A stretch of 23,416 nucleotides of DNA, from NCBI GenBank assembly GCA_030668875.1, contig DAOVER010000045.1, positions 1-23,416 on the forward strand. The letters run 5' to 3'. The notes beneath the pieces are model-generated. The model was not told the origin of the DNA. It worked only from the letters and a program-made list of their open reading frames with translations, and did not search any database. Source of the stretch: Candidatus Heimdallarchaeota archaeon. GTDB lineage: Archaea > Asgardarchaeota > Heimdallarchaeia > Heimdallarchaeales > Heimdallarchaeaceae. Below, piece after piece: positions 15,809-23,415 of this stretch; the first letter of the stretch is position 1; each line of letters starts with the position of its first letter. The translations under genes and the position numbers were made by a program.

Positions 15809-16408
15809 ATGGTTTACAAAGTGAAATCAATATTCGATAGAAAAAAATTCGAACTTGCTCTCAGTGAGATAATGACCACCAAGGTTATTTCTATATCTCT
15901 TGAAACTTCTGCTGAAGTTTGCGCAAAATTAATGGTTGAAAATAATATAGGTTCAATAGTTGTTCTTGACCAAAATAACAAAGCACTTGGTATTATTACA
16001 AAGGAGAACTTAATCAAGAGTGTTATTGCTGCAAACGCGGATGCATCAACTATTCTAGCTTTAGACTTAATGTCAAGTCCTGTTATTACAGCTCCACAAA
16101 CTATGACAATAATACAAGCAATGCAACTAATGTCAAAACAAGGGATAAGACATTTAGTCATTCTTAAAGAAGGTAAAGTTGCTGGAATGTGTTCTGATAC
16201 AGATATTTTCAAGGTTGTTCCTCAGCTTATTATGTTGGAACAGGAATATTTTAACGTATTAGGAGAATCTCAAATTACTGAGGAACTTCCCGACCTAGCG
16301 GGCTACTGTGACGACTGTAAAGAGTTTAGAGAGAAACTCATCTTCCATGAAGGTTCTTATATCTGTTATAATTGCGCCCCTGAAGGGTTGTTAGAGAGTG
16401 ATGAATAG
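15809..16408 (+). CDS. CBS-pair protein with C-terminal zinc-ribbon-like domain
   Basis: Two CBS repeats (EIMTTKVISI...NIGSIVV...LGIIT; DLMSSPVIT...GIRHLVI...GMCSDTDI) followed by GYCDDC...YICYNC. Confidence 0.93.
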   Translation: MVYKVKSIFDRKKFELALSEIMTTKVISISLETSAEVCAKLMVENNIGSIVVLDQNNKALGIITKENLIKSVIAANADASTILALDLMSSPVITAPQTMTIIQAMQLMSKQGIRHLVILKEGKVAGMCSDTDIFKVVPQLIMLEQEYFNVLGESQITEELPDLAGYCDDCKEFREKLIFHEGSYICYNCAPEGLLESDE

Positions 16409-16868
16409 GTTCTATGCAGATGCAATGCTTGGCAAGTTGGCTCGTTTCCTAAGATTTCTTGGTTATGATACTCTTTATCGTAGTGAAGAATCGGTTGAGA
16501 AAATGTTAGAGACCTCTTTTGAGAATAATCGGATTGTTTTATCAAAATCAAAAGACATTGTAAATAAATGCAACAAATTAAGTGTGAAATCTTTATTTAT
16601 AACTACTAATGATATTGGATACCAACTTAAAACGTTGAAAGATGTTTTACATTTAGAAATATCTGTTCCCCCGCTAAACACTAGATGTAGTATGTGCAAC
16701 AATGAATTAATCGAAAAAAATAAACAAGAAATCATTGGTCTTATTCCTAAGGGTACAGAAAGACACCATGATCGTTTTTGGCAATGTTCTTCATGTGGAA
16801 AAATTTATTGGATAGGTAGTCATTGGAAAGCTATTGAAAAGATAATAACTGAAGCAGAAGTTGGTTGA
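16401..16868 (+). CDS. Mut7-C RNase domain (PIN-like fold with zinc ribbon) protein
   Basis: RFYADAMLGKLARFLRFLGYDT, RIVLSK, TRCSMCNNEL, FWQCSSCGKIYWIGSHW. Confidence 0.92.
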   Translation: MNRFYADAMLGKLARFLRFLGYDTLYRSEESVEKMLETSFENNRIVLSKSKDIVNKCNKLSVKSLFITTNDIGYQLKTLKDVLHLEISVPPLNTRCSMCNNELIEKNKQEIIGLIPKGTERHHDRFWQCSSCGKIYWIGSHWKAIEKIITEAEVG

Positions 16869-17490
16869 AGTTATGGAAGTAAAGGATGATGTTGGTACTT
16901 ATTTAGTCAAATTAGCTAGATATTCCGCTGAAAGTTGGGTCATAAATAATAAAAAACCTAAACCGATTGAACCCATTCCTGAGCAAGCAAAATTTACAAC
17001 AGGGGCATTTGTTACAGTAAAAGTAGTTGAAAACGGAGAAACTAATCTAAGAGGTTGTATAGGTTACCCATTAGGTATAAAATCATTATATGAAGAAGTA
17101 ATTGATCTCTCAAGAGAATCTACACTTAATGACCCTCGATTTCCTCCTGTTAAAGAACATGAATTTTCCTCTTTGGTTTTTGAGGTAACCGTTCTAACTC
17201 CACCTATTGAAATTGAGTATTCTGATTCTGAGGATTTGCTCAATCAGATCAATGTACCTGGAGATGGTTTAATTGTTAAGTTTGATAGATTTCAAGGACT
17301 ATTATTGCCTCAGGTACCTGTAGAACAGAATTGGGATAATGAGGAATTCCTTTCGTATACTTGTAGGAAAGCTTACCTGCCTGTTGATATATGGAAAAAC
17401 AAGAAAATTTCTGTAAAGAAGTTTCAGGGAATAGTTTTCAGTGAAATAGAGCCAAGTGGAGAAATTAAACGCTTACCTTTGGACCACTAA
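16861..17490 (+). CDS. AMMECR1-domain protein
   Basis: GAFVT, LRGCIGY, NDPRFPPV...E...L..EVTVLTPP, DGLIV, GLLLPQVPVEQNWD.EEFL...C.KA.L. TTG 16861 or ATG 16873. Confidence 0.95.
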   Translation: MVEVMEVKDDVGTYLVKLARYSAESWVINNKKPKPIEPIPEQAKFTTGAFVTVKVVENGETNLRGCIGYPLGIKSLYEEVIDLSRESTLNDPRFPPVKEHEFSSLVFEVTVLTPPIEIEYSDSEDLLNQINVPGDGLIVKFDRFQGLLLPQVPVEQNWDNEEFLSYTCRKAYLPVDIWKNKKISVKKFQGIVFSEIEPSGEIKRLPLDH

Positions 17491-18446
17491 TTATAGAAAA
17501 TTGAAATCTCCTCTTCTTTCAGATTTTCTACTAAATATGGAACAAAAATTGGAATTGTAGTTGGAAGTTTCATAGACAAATCCTCAAAGACAGTTTTTGA
17601 CATAGCAATACTCAGACAGTGTGATTCTTGATAATAATTTAGAAGCTCTTCAACTTGAAACTGTTTATCCTTTGAAAAAATAATTCTTTCAGTTTTCTTG
17701 AGATTTGGTTGCAAATCAAGTAATTTCGAAATTGCTTCTTGGTATTCATTTGAGTATTGGGAAAATTGATTCATTGAGTAAATTATTGTGATTGCTCCTC
17801 TTTTGTATAGTTGTAATATATTTGCTATATCTTCATTTTCACCAGAAATCACAACTAAAACTCTACCTTGACATCCAGCAGGTAGTCCTCCCAAACCCTT
17901 AGAAACCTGATCATAAACATATGTCACTCCTTCACGTATTTCCAAGAATAGATAATACTCGGGATCAGTTAGATTGACCTTTAAATCATTATCATTAATA
18001 TTATCTAGAATGAACTCTCCTACGTCAGCTGCTATTTCTACACTCGAAAAAGAATGCTTTCCTATGCGTTTAACTTTTACAGCAAATGTAGAGTGATTGC
18101 GTAACCTCTCAAAAAATTGTTCCCGTATTATTCCTGTGAATTCTTGAAAATCAGTTTTGCAACCATATACTTTGCTGATGCTTGCTATTCCTGGAACGAA
18201 ATTACTCAAAAGACGTACTATTTTGTCTGTTTCTTCTGAAAAAATGAATATTCTGCTAAACCTGTTTTCTATTTGAAACTCTTGAATACCATTATTCTTC
18301 AGAACAAATTCAATATGTGATATTAATTTTCTTGTTAACCATTTTCTGGTTTTAGGGCTTTTAATGCCTATTTCAGAAAATCTTATCAAAATTATTTGAC
18401 GTTGTTCATTTAGTCGAAAGTTGTCACTTTTATTACTCTGTTTCAA
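17487..18446 (-). CDS. THUMP-domain ThiI-like protein with degenerate PP-loop ATP-pyrophosphatase domain
   Basis: IRFSEIGIKS (ThiI N-terminus), THUMP TFAVKVKRIGKHSFSS...VNLTDPE...LEIRE, GLGGLPAGCQGRVLVVISG then ENED in place of GIDS; YKRG retained; C-terminal PIFVPY...KEEEI. Confidence 0.85.
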   Translation of the reverse strand: MKQSNKSDNFRLNEQRQIILIRFSEIGIKSPKTRKWLTRKLISHIEFVLKNNGIQEFQIENRFSRIFIFSEETDKIVRLLSNFVPGIASISKVYGCKTDFQEFTGIIREQFFERLRNHSTFAVKVKRIGKHSFSSVEIAADVGEFILDNINDNDLKVNLTDPEYYLFLEIREGVTYVYDQVSKGLGGLPAGCQGRVLVVISGENEDIANILQLYKRGAITIIYSMNQFSQYSNEYQEAISKLLDLQPNLKKTERIIFSKDKQFQVEELLNYYQESHCLSIAMSKTVFEDLSMKLPTTIPIFVPYLVENLKEEEISIFYN

Positions 18447-18693
18447 AGAAATCTATACCTTCTATGTATCTCTCGCGTCTAGCTTCAATTTCAGCTTCTG
18501 TAAGTTCATTTTCTCCTTCAGAGTCGATGACTTCTATAATGTCTGAAGCTTTATGTTCAATTTCATCAGATACCTCATAGGCATTTTTTTCTTCAAGTTT
18601 AGATTCATATCCACACTTAGAACACGTTAAAATTTTTGATTTTCCCTTCTTCTTTGGGACTAATAATTTTCCACAATCTTGACAAAATTCCAT
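18433..18693 (-). CDS. TFS/RpoM (Rpb9-like) N-terminal zinc-ribbon protein lacking the C-terminal ribbon
   Basis: MEFCQDCGKLLVP...LTCSKCGYE is the RpoM/TFS N-ribbon; the remainder is an acidic linker ending RRERYIEGIDFFETE with no further cysteines. Confidence 0.85.
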   Translation of the reverse strand: MEFCQDCGKLLVPKKKGKSKILTCSKCGYESKLEEKNAYEVSDEIEHKASDIIEVIDSEGENELTEAEIEARRERYIEGIDFFETE

Positions 18694-18803
18694 TTCAAAC
18701 CCTCAACTTGTGATTTTTTTCCTATATGTTCGTTCACCCTTTTGAACATTTCTGTTTGATACAAAATAGACGGAATCTTCCATAAGTAAATTATTTCAAA
18801 CTA

Positions 18804-18816
18804 CAAACTTTTTAAC
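18804..18816 (+). promoter_or_regulatory. Putative BRE-TATA promoter for fni (likely leaderless)
   Basis: CAAAC-TTTTTAAC, TATA 22-29 nt upstream of ATG 18838. Confidence 0.5.
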
Positions 18817-18837
18817 CAAGGTTTACAAATTAATTTT

Positions 18838-19893
18838 ATGGATAAAAATTTCTCTTCTAATACTTCCTCAAGGAAAGATGAACATCTTAAGATTTGTATT
18901 GAAAAAGATGTAAAATACGAAAATGTTACTTCTGGATTTGATAATTACAGTATAAAACCAAATATTCTTACAACTATATTACCTGATGATGTAGATTTGT
19001 CTACCATGTTATTGGACAAATCGATAGATTCTCCTTTATTGATTGCAGGAATGACTGGAGGTTCAGAGAAAGGGAAAAAAATAAACAAAATCATTGCTAA
19101 GGTGTGCGATGAATTTAATATTGGTATGGGAGTAGGTTCTCAAAGAGCTGCAATTGAAAATCCAACTTTGATTAGTAGCTTTCAAGTTAGGGATAACGCT
19201 GAAAACATTCCATTACTAGCAAACTTAGGAATAGCTCAATTCTCTTCTGGATATTCAGTAAAAGAAGCAGAAAAAGCAATTGAAATGATAAATGCAGATG
19301 GACTAGCCATTCATGTAAATCCTTTACAAGAATTCATTCAGTACGATGGAAATAAAAAATTGATAAATGTTCAACAAAATCTCATAAATTTAGTGAGCGA
19401 GTGTAAATACCCTATTATCGTAAAAAGTGTAGGAACTGGTTTTTCAAAAGAAGATGTGAAGTTATTATCTTCCCTCAAAATAGCTGCGTTAGACATAGCA
19501 GGTGCTGGAGGCACTAATTGGAAAAAAATTGAAATGTATAGAAATCCGTCTCTGTCAACTCTTTCCTCTTCTCTTATTAATTGGGGAATACCTACAGCTG
19601 ATTGCTTAGTAAATGCTGTTGACGTTATCTCTGATTCTTCAAAGAAAATTATAGCTTCTGGCGGGATCTGGAATGGGATGGATGCTATAAAAGCTCTAAT
19701 GTTGGGAGCAGATTATGTTGCGTTTGCTTTACCTGCTTTGTTAGCAATCAGCAAAGATTCTGAAGCAGGATTGAGAAAGTTTGTTCACAATTATATTTTA
19801 GAAATGAAAATAGTTCTAACAATGCTAGGTATAATAAATCTTGAGGAACTAAGAAAGAAAAAAAACTTGTTAATGAGAAAAACTCCTCATTAA
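18838..19893 (+). CDS. fni: Type 2 isopentenyl-diphosphate delta-isomerase (FMN-dependent)
   Basis: RKDEHL, AGMTGG, MGVGSQR, AIHVNPLQE, AGAGGTNW, IASGGI...D..KAL.LGA. Confidence 0.96.
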   Translation: MDKNFSSNTSSRKDEHLKICIEKDVKYENVTSGFDNYSIKPNILTTILPDDVDLSTMLLDKSIDSPLLIAGMTGGSEKGKKINKIIAKVCDEFNIGMGVGSQRAAIENPTLISSFQVRDNAENIPLLANLGIAQFSSGYSVKEAEKAIEMINADGLAIHVNPLQEFIQYDGNKKLINVQQNLINLVSECKYPIIVKSVGTGFSKEDVKLLSSLKIAALDIAGAGGTNWKKIEMYRNPSLSTLSSSLINWGIPTADCLVNAVDVISDSSKKIIASGGIWNGMDAIKALMLGADYVAFALPALLAISKDSEAGLRKFVHNYILEMKIVLTMLGIINLEELRKKKNLLMRKTPH

Positions 19894-19906
19894 TAATTCA
19901 GACTAA

Positions 19907-19934
19907 CTATGATTCGTCATAGAGTATAAACTCT
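19907..19934. terminator. Two small adjacent hairpins between convergent genes; possible terminator
   Basis: CTATGA-TTCG-TCATAG (19907-19922) and AGAGT-ATAA-ACTCT (19921-19934), starting 14 nt after the fni stop. Confidence 0.3.
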
Positions 19935-20012
19935 CAGCACTCATTTTTCATCCTTTAGTTATAATGATTATTCGTATAATTATCTCTTTTGATAGCCACT
20001 AAAAAACTTACG

Positions 20013-20951
20013 CTAGAAAAGTCCGGGATTAAGTATAAACGATGGAATGACTATTGCAACATTGATAGCCACAATTGTAGCGAAAACTTTCCAGTCCCAT
20101 TTCAGTATTTTTGCTCCATCTAGTTGCCAAACGGGTAAACAATTGAATAGAGCAATTAACGCGTTAAATTGTGCTACTTGTATGAAAATGTTTGGTGATG
20201 ACATTATCCCAGTAAATGGTATTATTCCAAAACTCGAAGTTAATAAACCTATTACTAAACTAATAGCTCCAATAACTGCATTCATCGCTGGTCCTGCTAA
20301 AGCTACCATACCTAGATCTTTTTTGTTCATTTGCCTACTCAAGGGTACAATTGCGACAAATCCTGGTACAATTAATCCAATACCTATTATCAAGGTAAAT
20401 AAAGTGTAAATTATCCCTCTCGTCCAGAGTATATATCTCGCAAATTGCCCTCTTCGCTGAGCGACAACCTTGTGAGCCATCTCATGTGGAAGAAACGCTG
20501 TTGTTATCAAAATTGCAGAAATTAGAAAACCCCACCAATCCTTAAAGAAAATCAGTCGAGAAAAACCAAAAACTAATACTATGAGGGTGAAACCTATGAG
20601 AATATCAACCAATTCACTACCAAAAGAGAGTAAACCTCTGGATTGCTTCAATCGTTGTTCAATGAGTTTCTTCCTAGTTTCCTCATCAGCATAAGCATAT
20701 GGGTCTTGTTGTTGTGGTTGTTGTCCCATTGCTTGTTGAGCCATTTTCATGGCATTCTGGGCCATTTGACGAATTACTTCTGCATTCGCTGGGGTGCCTG
20801 TAGCTGCAAAAGGTTGTTGAGCTTGACCATGTACTGCAGGACAACGATGAGCTTCTGGATCTCTATGTTTCTGACAAAATGAACCTCTACAGTAACGACA
20901 GTAGAAAAGTATGTCTTCTTGAGCTCCACAATTAGGATATTCACATCTCAT
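20013..20951 (-). CDS. AN1-type zinc finger fused to M50 (site-2 protease) intramembrane metalloprotease
   Basis: N-terminal CEYPNC...FYCRYCRGSFCQKHRDPEAHRC; Gln-rich linker; HEMAH zinc motif, ALAGPAMN, FNCLPVWQLDG. Confidence 0.93.
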   Translation of the reverse strand: MRCEYPNCGAQEDILFYCRYCRGSFCQKHRDPEAHRCPAVHGQAQQPFAATGTPANAEVIRQMAQNAMKMAQQAMGQQPQQQDPYAYADEETRKKLIEQRLKQSRGLLSFGSELVDILIGFTLIVLVFGFSRLIFFKDWWGFLISAILITTAFLPHEMAHKVVAQRRGQFARYILWTRGIIYTLFTLIIGIGLIVPGFVAIVPLSRQMNKKDLGMVALAGPAMNAVIGAISLVIGLLTSSFGIIPFTGIMSSPNIFIQVAQFNALIALFNCLPVWQLDGAKILKWDWKVFATIVAINVAIVIPSFILNPGLF

Positions 20952-21251
20952 CTATTTCATTTTGCACAGAACACGGGCATTTTAGAAGCTATCTATTTAA
21001 CATGATTTGTTTTTGTCATAAAGCAGTAACACGATTTTTCTTAGAGTTTCGTTACTCTTATATTCTATTTTCTTTTTACTCTGTTCTGTTAAATTTCTAT
21101 GGTAGTGTATAGTGTTCCAGGAAGTGATTCGAACCTGATAGCTTTGAAAACCTCATAAACTTCTATTTCCTCTTAGTTAAGTCCTATTTCACTTAAACAA
21201 GTTTTGGGACACGCCGTATTAAGAAAATAAAAGGTGAATAATACTAACAAT

Positions 21252-22307
21252 CTATTGTAATTCAATAGTTTTTACCCTCTTTTTTTTCCTATTTAGTATT
21301 ACTAATGCAAAAATAAGAGCAGGTAAACCAATTACTAAGAATGGGAAGTCAGCATTGTTACCACAATAAGCAAGTCCTATGAAATTATTAACATACCAAT
21401 TACTGGCAATAATCGTGTCAAAGATTTTATGAACTATCTTCATTTCATCTTCAGTGAGACCAGATTTATAATAGATTTTTATAACTATCACTCCTAGATC
21501 AAAACATTCTGAATAAAAAGAATATGTTTCATTAAAGACTAGTGGTTCTGAAAGATTAAGAAGAGGAAAATCTCCTTCCTCAGCCCAATTTGATTCTGGC
21601 CAATTTATGCTAAGATTATCAATTTTAAATATCATATCTTTTAGTGAGAGAATGCTAGAAATGAGAATTTCATGAAATTCGTTGTTTTCTATCCATTTTT
21701 CACCATCATTGATGAAATTTGATGCTATAATCCCATCCTTTGATCGGAAGTCTAAAATAGTCTCGTTGCTTGTAGAATGGCTTTCATTAAATGTACAAAA
21801 TTCTGTGAGATCAAGCGGTGCTAGATATTCTGCAAAAGCATAACCGTAGTTAGGTCCATCTGGAGGGATAATTGAAGGAGTTACTGTCTCTATGTACCAC
21901 CAACGGTTATTATCAGAGTCAATCATAGTAGATAGCTGTTCATACACGCTTTTTTCATCATGAGAGACATTTGCTAACAAGAAGTCTACTTTACCAGGTA
22001 ACACAGTATCATTAAAATTATAAACTAAAATGTCATCTAAACCAGAGATTTGATGAGATAACCAGTTCAAATCCTCAACAATTCTAATTTTTAATATTTC
22101 ATTTTCCTCATATGTTTGGCTAGTTTCATTGAAAATTAATAGTTGGGCAGTAAGATCCTCCTTTGTCAATCCATTTAGTTCTATCGAAATTAAAGAGTAA
22201 ATAGATGGAGTATCTGTACTACTCACTAGATTTATATTGGGAACAGAGAAAGAAACAAGTAAGACCAAGAACAAGCAAATGAGAGATTTTCTTTTCTTTT
22301 TCATCAT
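21252..22307 (-). CDS. Hypothetical exported protein with signal peptide and C-terminal membrane anchor
   Basis: MMKKKRKS plus hydrophobic LICLFLVLLVSFSV; acidic mature region; C-terminal FPFLVIGLPALIFALVIL followed by NRKKKR. Confidence 0.85.
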   Translation of the reverse strand: MMKKKRKSLICLFLVLLVSFSVPNINLVSSTDTPSIYSLISIELNGLTKEDLTAQLLIFNETSQTYEENEILKIRIVEDLNWLSHQISGLDDILVYNFNDTVLPGKVDFLLANVSHDEKSVYEQLSTMIDSDNNRWWYIETVTPSIIPPDGPNYGYAFAEYLAPLDLTEFCTFNESHSTSNETILDFRSKDGIIASNFINDGEKWIENNEFHEILISSILSLKDMIFKIDNLSINWPESNWAEEGDFPLLNLSEPLVFNETYSFYSECFDLGVIVIKIYYKSGLTEDEMKIVHKIFDTIIASNWYVNNFIGLAYCGNNADFPFLVIGLPALIFALVILNRKKKRVKTIELQ

Positions 22308-22329
22308 TTAACTTCCTATTTAATTATGG

Positions 22330-23415
22330 TTAATGACATAGGTAAAGCGCCGTCTGTAAATTGTTGAAATCCATTGGATGGAATCCATAAAGAGCTGTAA
22401 CGTAATTATAAGCAAAATCAAAAGCTGTGTCTGTATCAGAATAATAATCATAGAACTTTTCACACATTTTTCGTAGAAAAGGACTATACATCTGATCTAG
22501 TCTGTCTGCTAGTGAATCACTAGGATCATAACTCTTTAGCTCATGAACTGAAGTTTCGTCCCACTCACAAGCTACCATCAAATGCTTTTTGTTGGTTAAT
22601 TCTTTTCCTCTGTAGAGAAAACCTTCTGAATGGCAACTATCCATGATATATATTAAGTTATCAGTTTCTAAATCAGATAACCAACCTTTCAGTTCAATAG
22701 CAGCAACACCCATAAAATAAGGTGTCCACTCCCATTCATGAAACCAAGTGGTTGTATGAGAATGTGTCCATGCATCCCAGTCTGGTGGTGCACCCACAGC
22801 ATGTCCATGTGCTGAAAATAGGACTACTACAATATCTTTTTGTTTTTCTTTTGTATCTAAAGTATCTAATATGCTACTTACATTATCATCTTTCCAATCA
22901 TAATGAGTTGCGAAATATCCAGGGATGTATTTCGCCCTATCACTTAGAAGCATATCCCTAAATGGTTCTATATTGCTTCTCCATCTTAAGGGCCAAGAAT
23001 ATTCATCATAGAAATCAAATCCAAAACCAACGAAATGGCACATGGGTGGATCTACTGTGAATGATACGCTATCCATAACAACACTTCTAGTGGTCATGCT
23101 AAAAGGACTAGGACCCCCACCAACTGATACTGAAACAGTAAAAGAATGTACTCCTCTACCATACATATCTATAAAGTTCTTTGCATCGTATTGAATATTT
23201 ACTCCTACATGATGGAGAGAGTGATCTAACTGTCCATCAATATATGTTTTATATGATTCATATGAACCAATGATGATGAATTTGAAAGTGATATAATCGC
23301 CATTTAACAGACTGTTAAATTGTTGCCCATTAGTAGGTTTCTGGATAGTGGTTGATGTAGCTCTTACTTCTTTCATGAACATTGTACTACTAAAAAGTAC
23401 AATTGTAAAGAAAAC
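22330..23415 (-). CDS. Secreted caspase-fold (clan CD, C14/C13-like) cysteine peptidase with N-terminal beta-sandwich-like region; 5' end lies beyond the window
   Basis: VVLFSAHG (His codon 22807-22809) and IYIMDSCHS (Cys codon 22633-22635) dyad motifs. The frame stays open upstream of ATG 23382 to the window edge, reading VFFTIVLFSSTMFMKEVRA, which looks like the end of a signal peptide. Confidence 0.8.
   Translation of the reverse strand, partial: VFFTIVLFSSTMFMKEVRATSTTIQKPTNGQQFNSLLNGDYITFKFIIIGSYESYKTYIDGQLDHSLHHVGVNIQYDAKNFIDMYGRGVHSFTVSVSVGGGPSPFSMTTRSVVMDSVSFTVDPPMCHFVGFGFDFYDEYSWPLRWRSNIEPFRDMLLSDRAKYIPGYFATHYDWKDDNVSSILDTLDTKEKQKDIVVVLFSAHGHAVGAPPDWDAWTHSHTTTWFHEWEWTPYFMGVAAIELKGWLSDLETDNLIYIMDSCHSEGFLYRGKELTNKKHLMVACEWDETSVHELKSYDPSDSLADRLDQMYSPFLRKMCEKFYDYYSDTDTAFDFAYNYVTALYGFHPMDFNNLQTALYLCH

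Noticed and set aside
19420-19445. Fni reads VKSVGTG where many homologues have VKEVG.G
   Set aside because: All other motifs are intact, including this lysine; one substitution is not enough to claim altered function.
19921-21058. Two AGAGT-N-ACTCT palindromes (19921-19934, 21043-21058) flanking the M50 gene, considered as element ends or operators
   Set aside because: Only 5-bp arms with different spacers (4 and 6 nt), no target-site duplication or transposase; expected by chance in AT-rich DNA.
21118-21137. GGTTCGAATC on the minus strand, resembling a tRNA T-loop
   Set aside because: The flanking bases do not form a T-stem and no acceptor, D or anticodon arm can be built; treated as chance.
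1615-22961. Remaining 60-140 aa ORFs antisense or out of frame to long genes (e.g. 3477-3899, 6112-6387, 12970-13320, 13426-13740, 15814-16212, 20047-20409, 22722-22961)
   Set aside because: Shadow ORFs of well-supported genes, with no independent start signals or family motifs.
22330-23415. Idea that the clan CD peptidase is a GPI8/PIG-K-like transamidase working with the pgsA-like gene and the anchored protein
   Set aside because: The dyad motifs (SAHG, DSCHS) look more metacaspase-like, no other GPI-pathway genes are present, and pgsA-like lies 10 kb away; no support beyond the shared fold.
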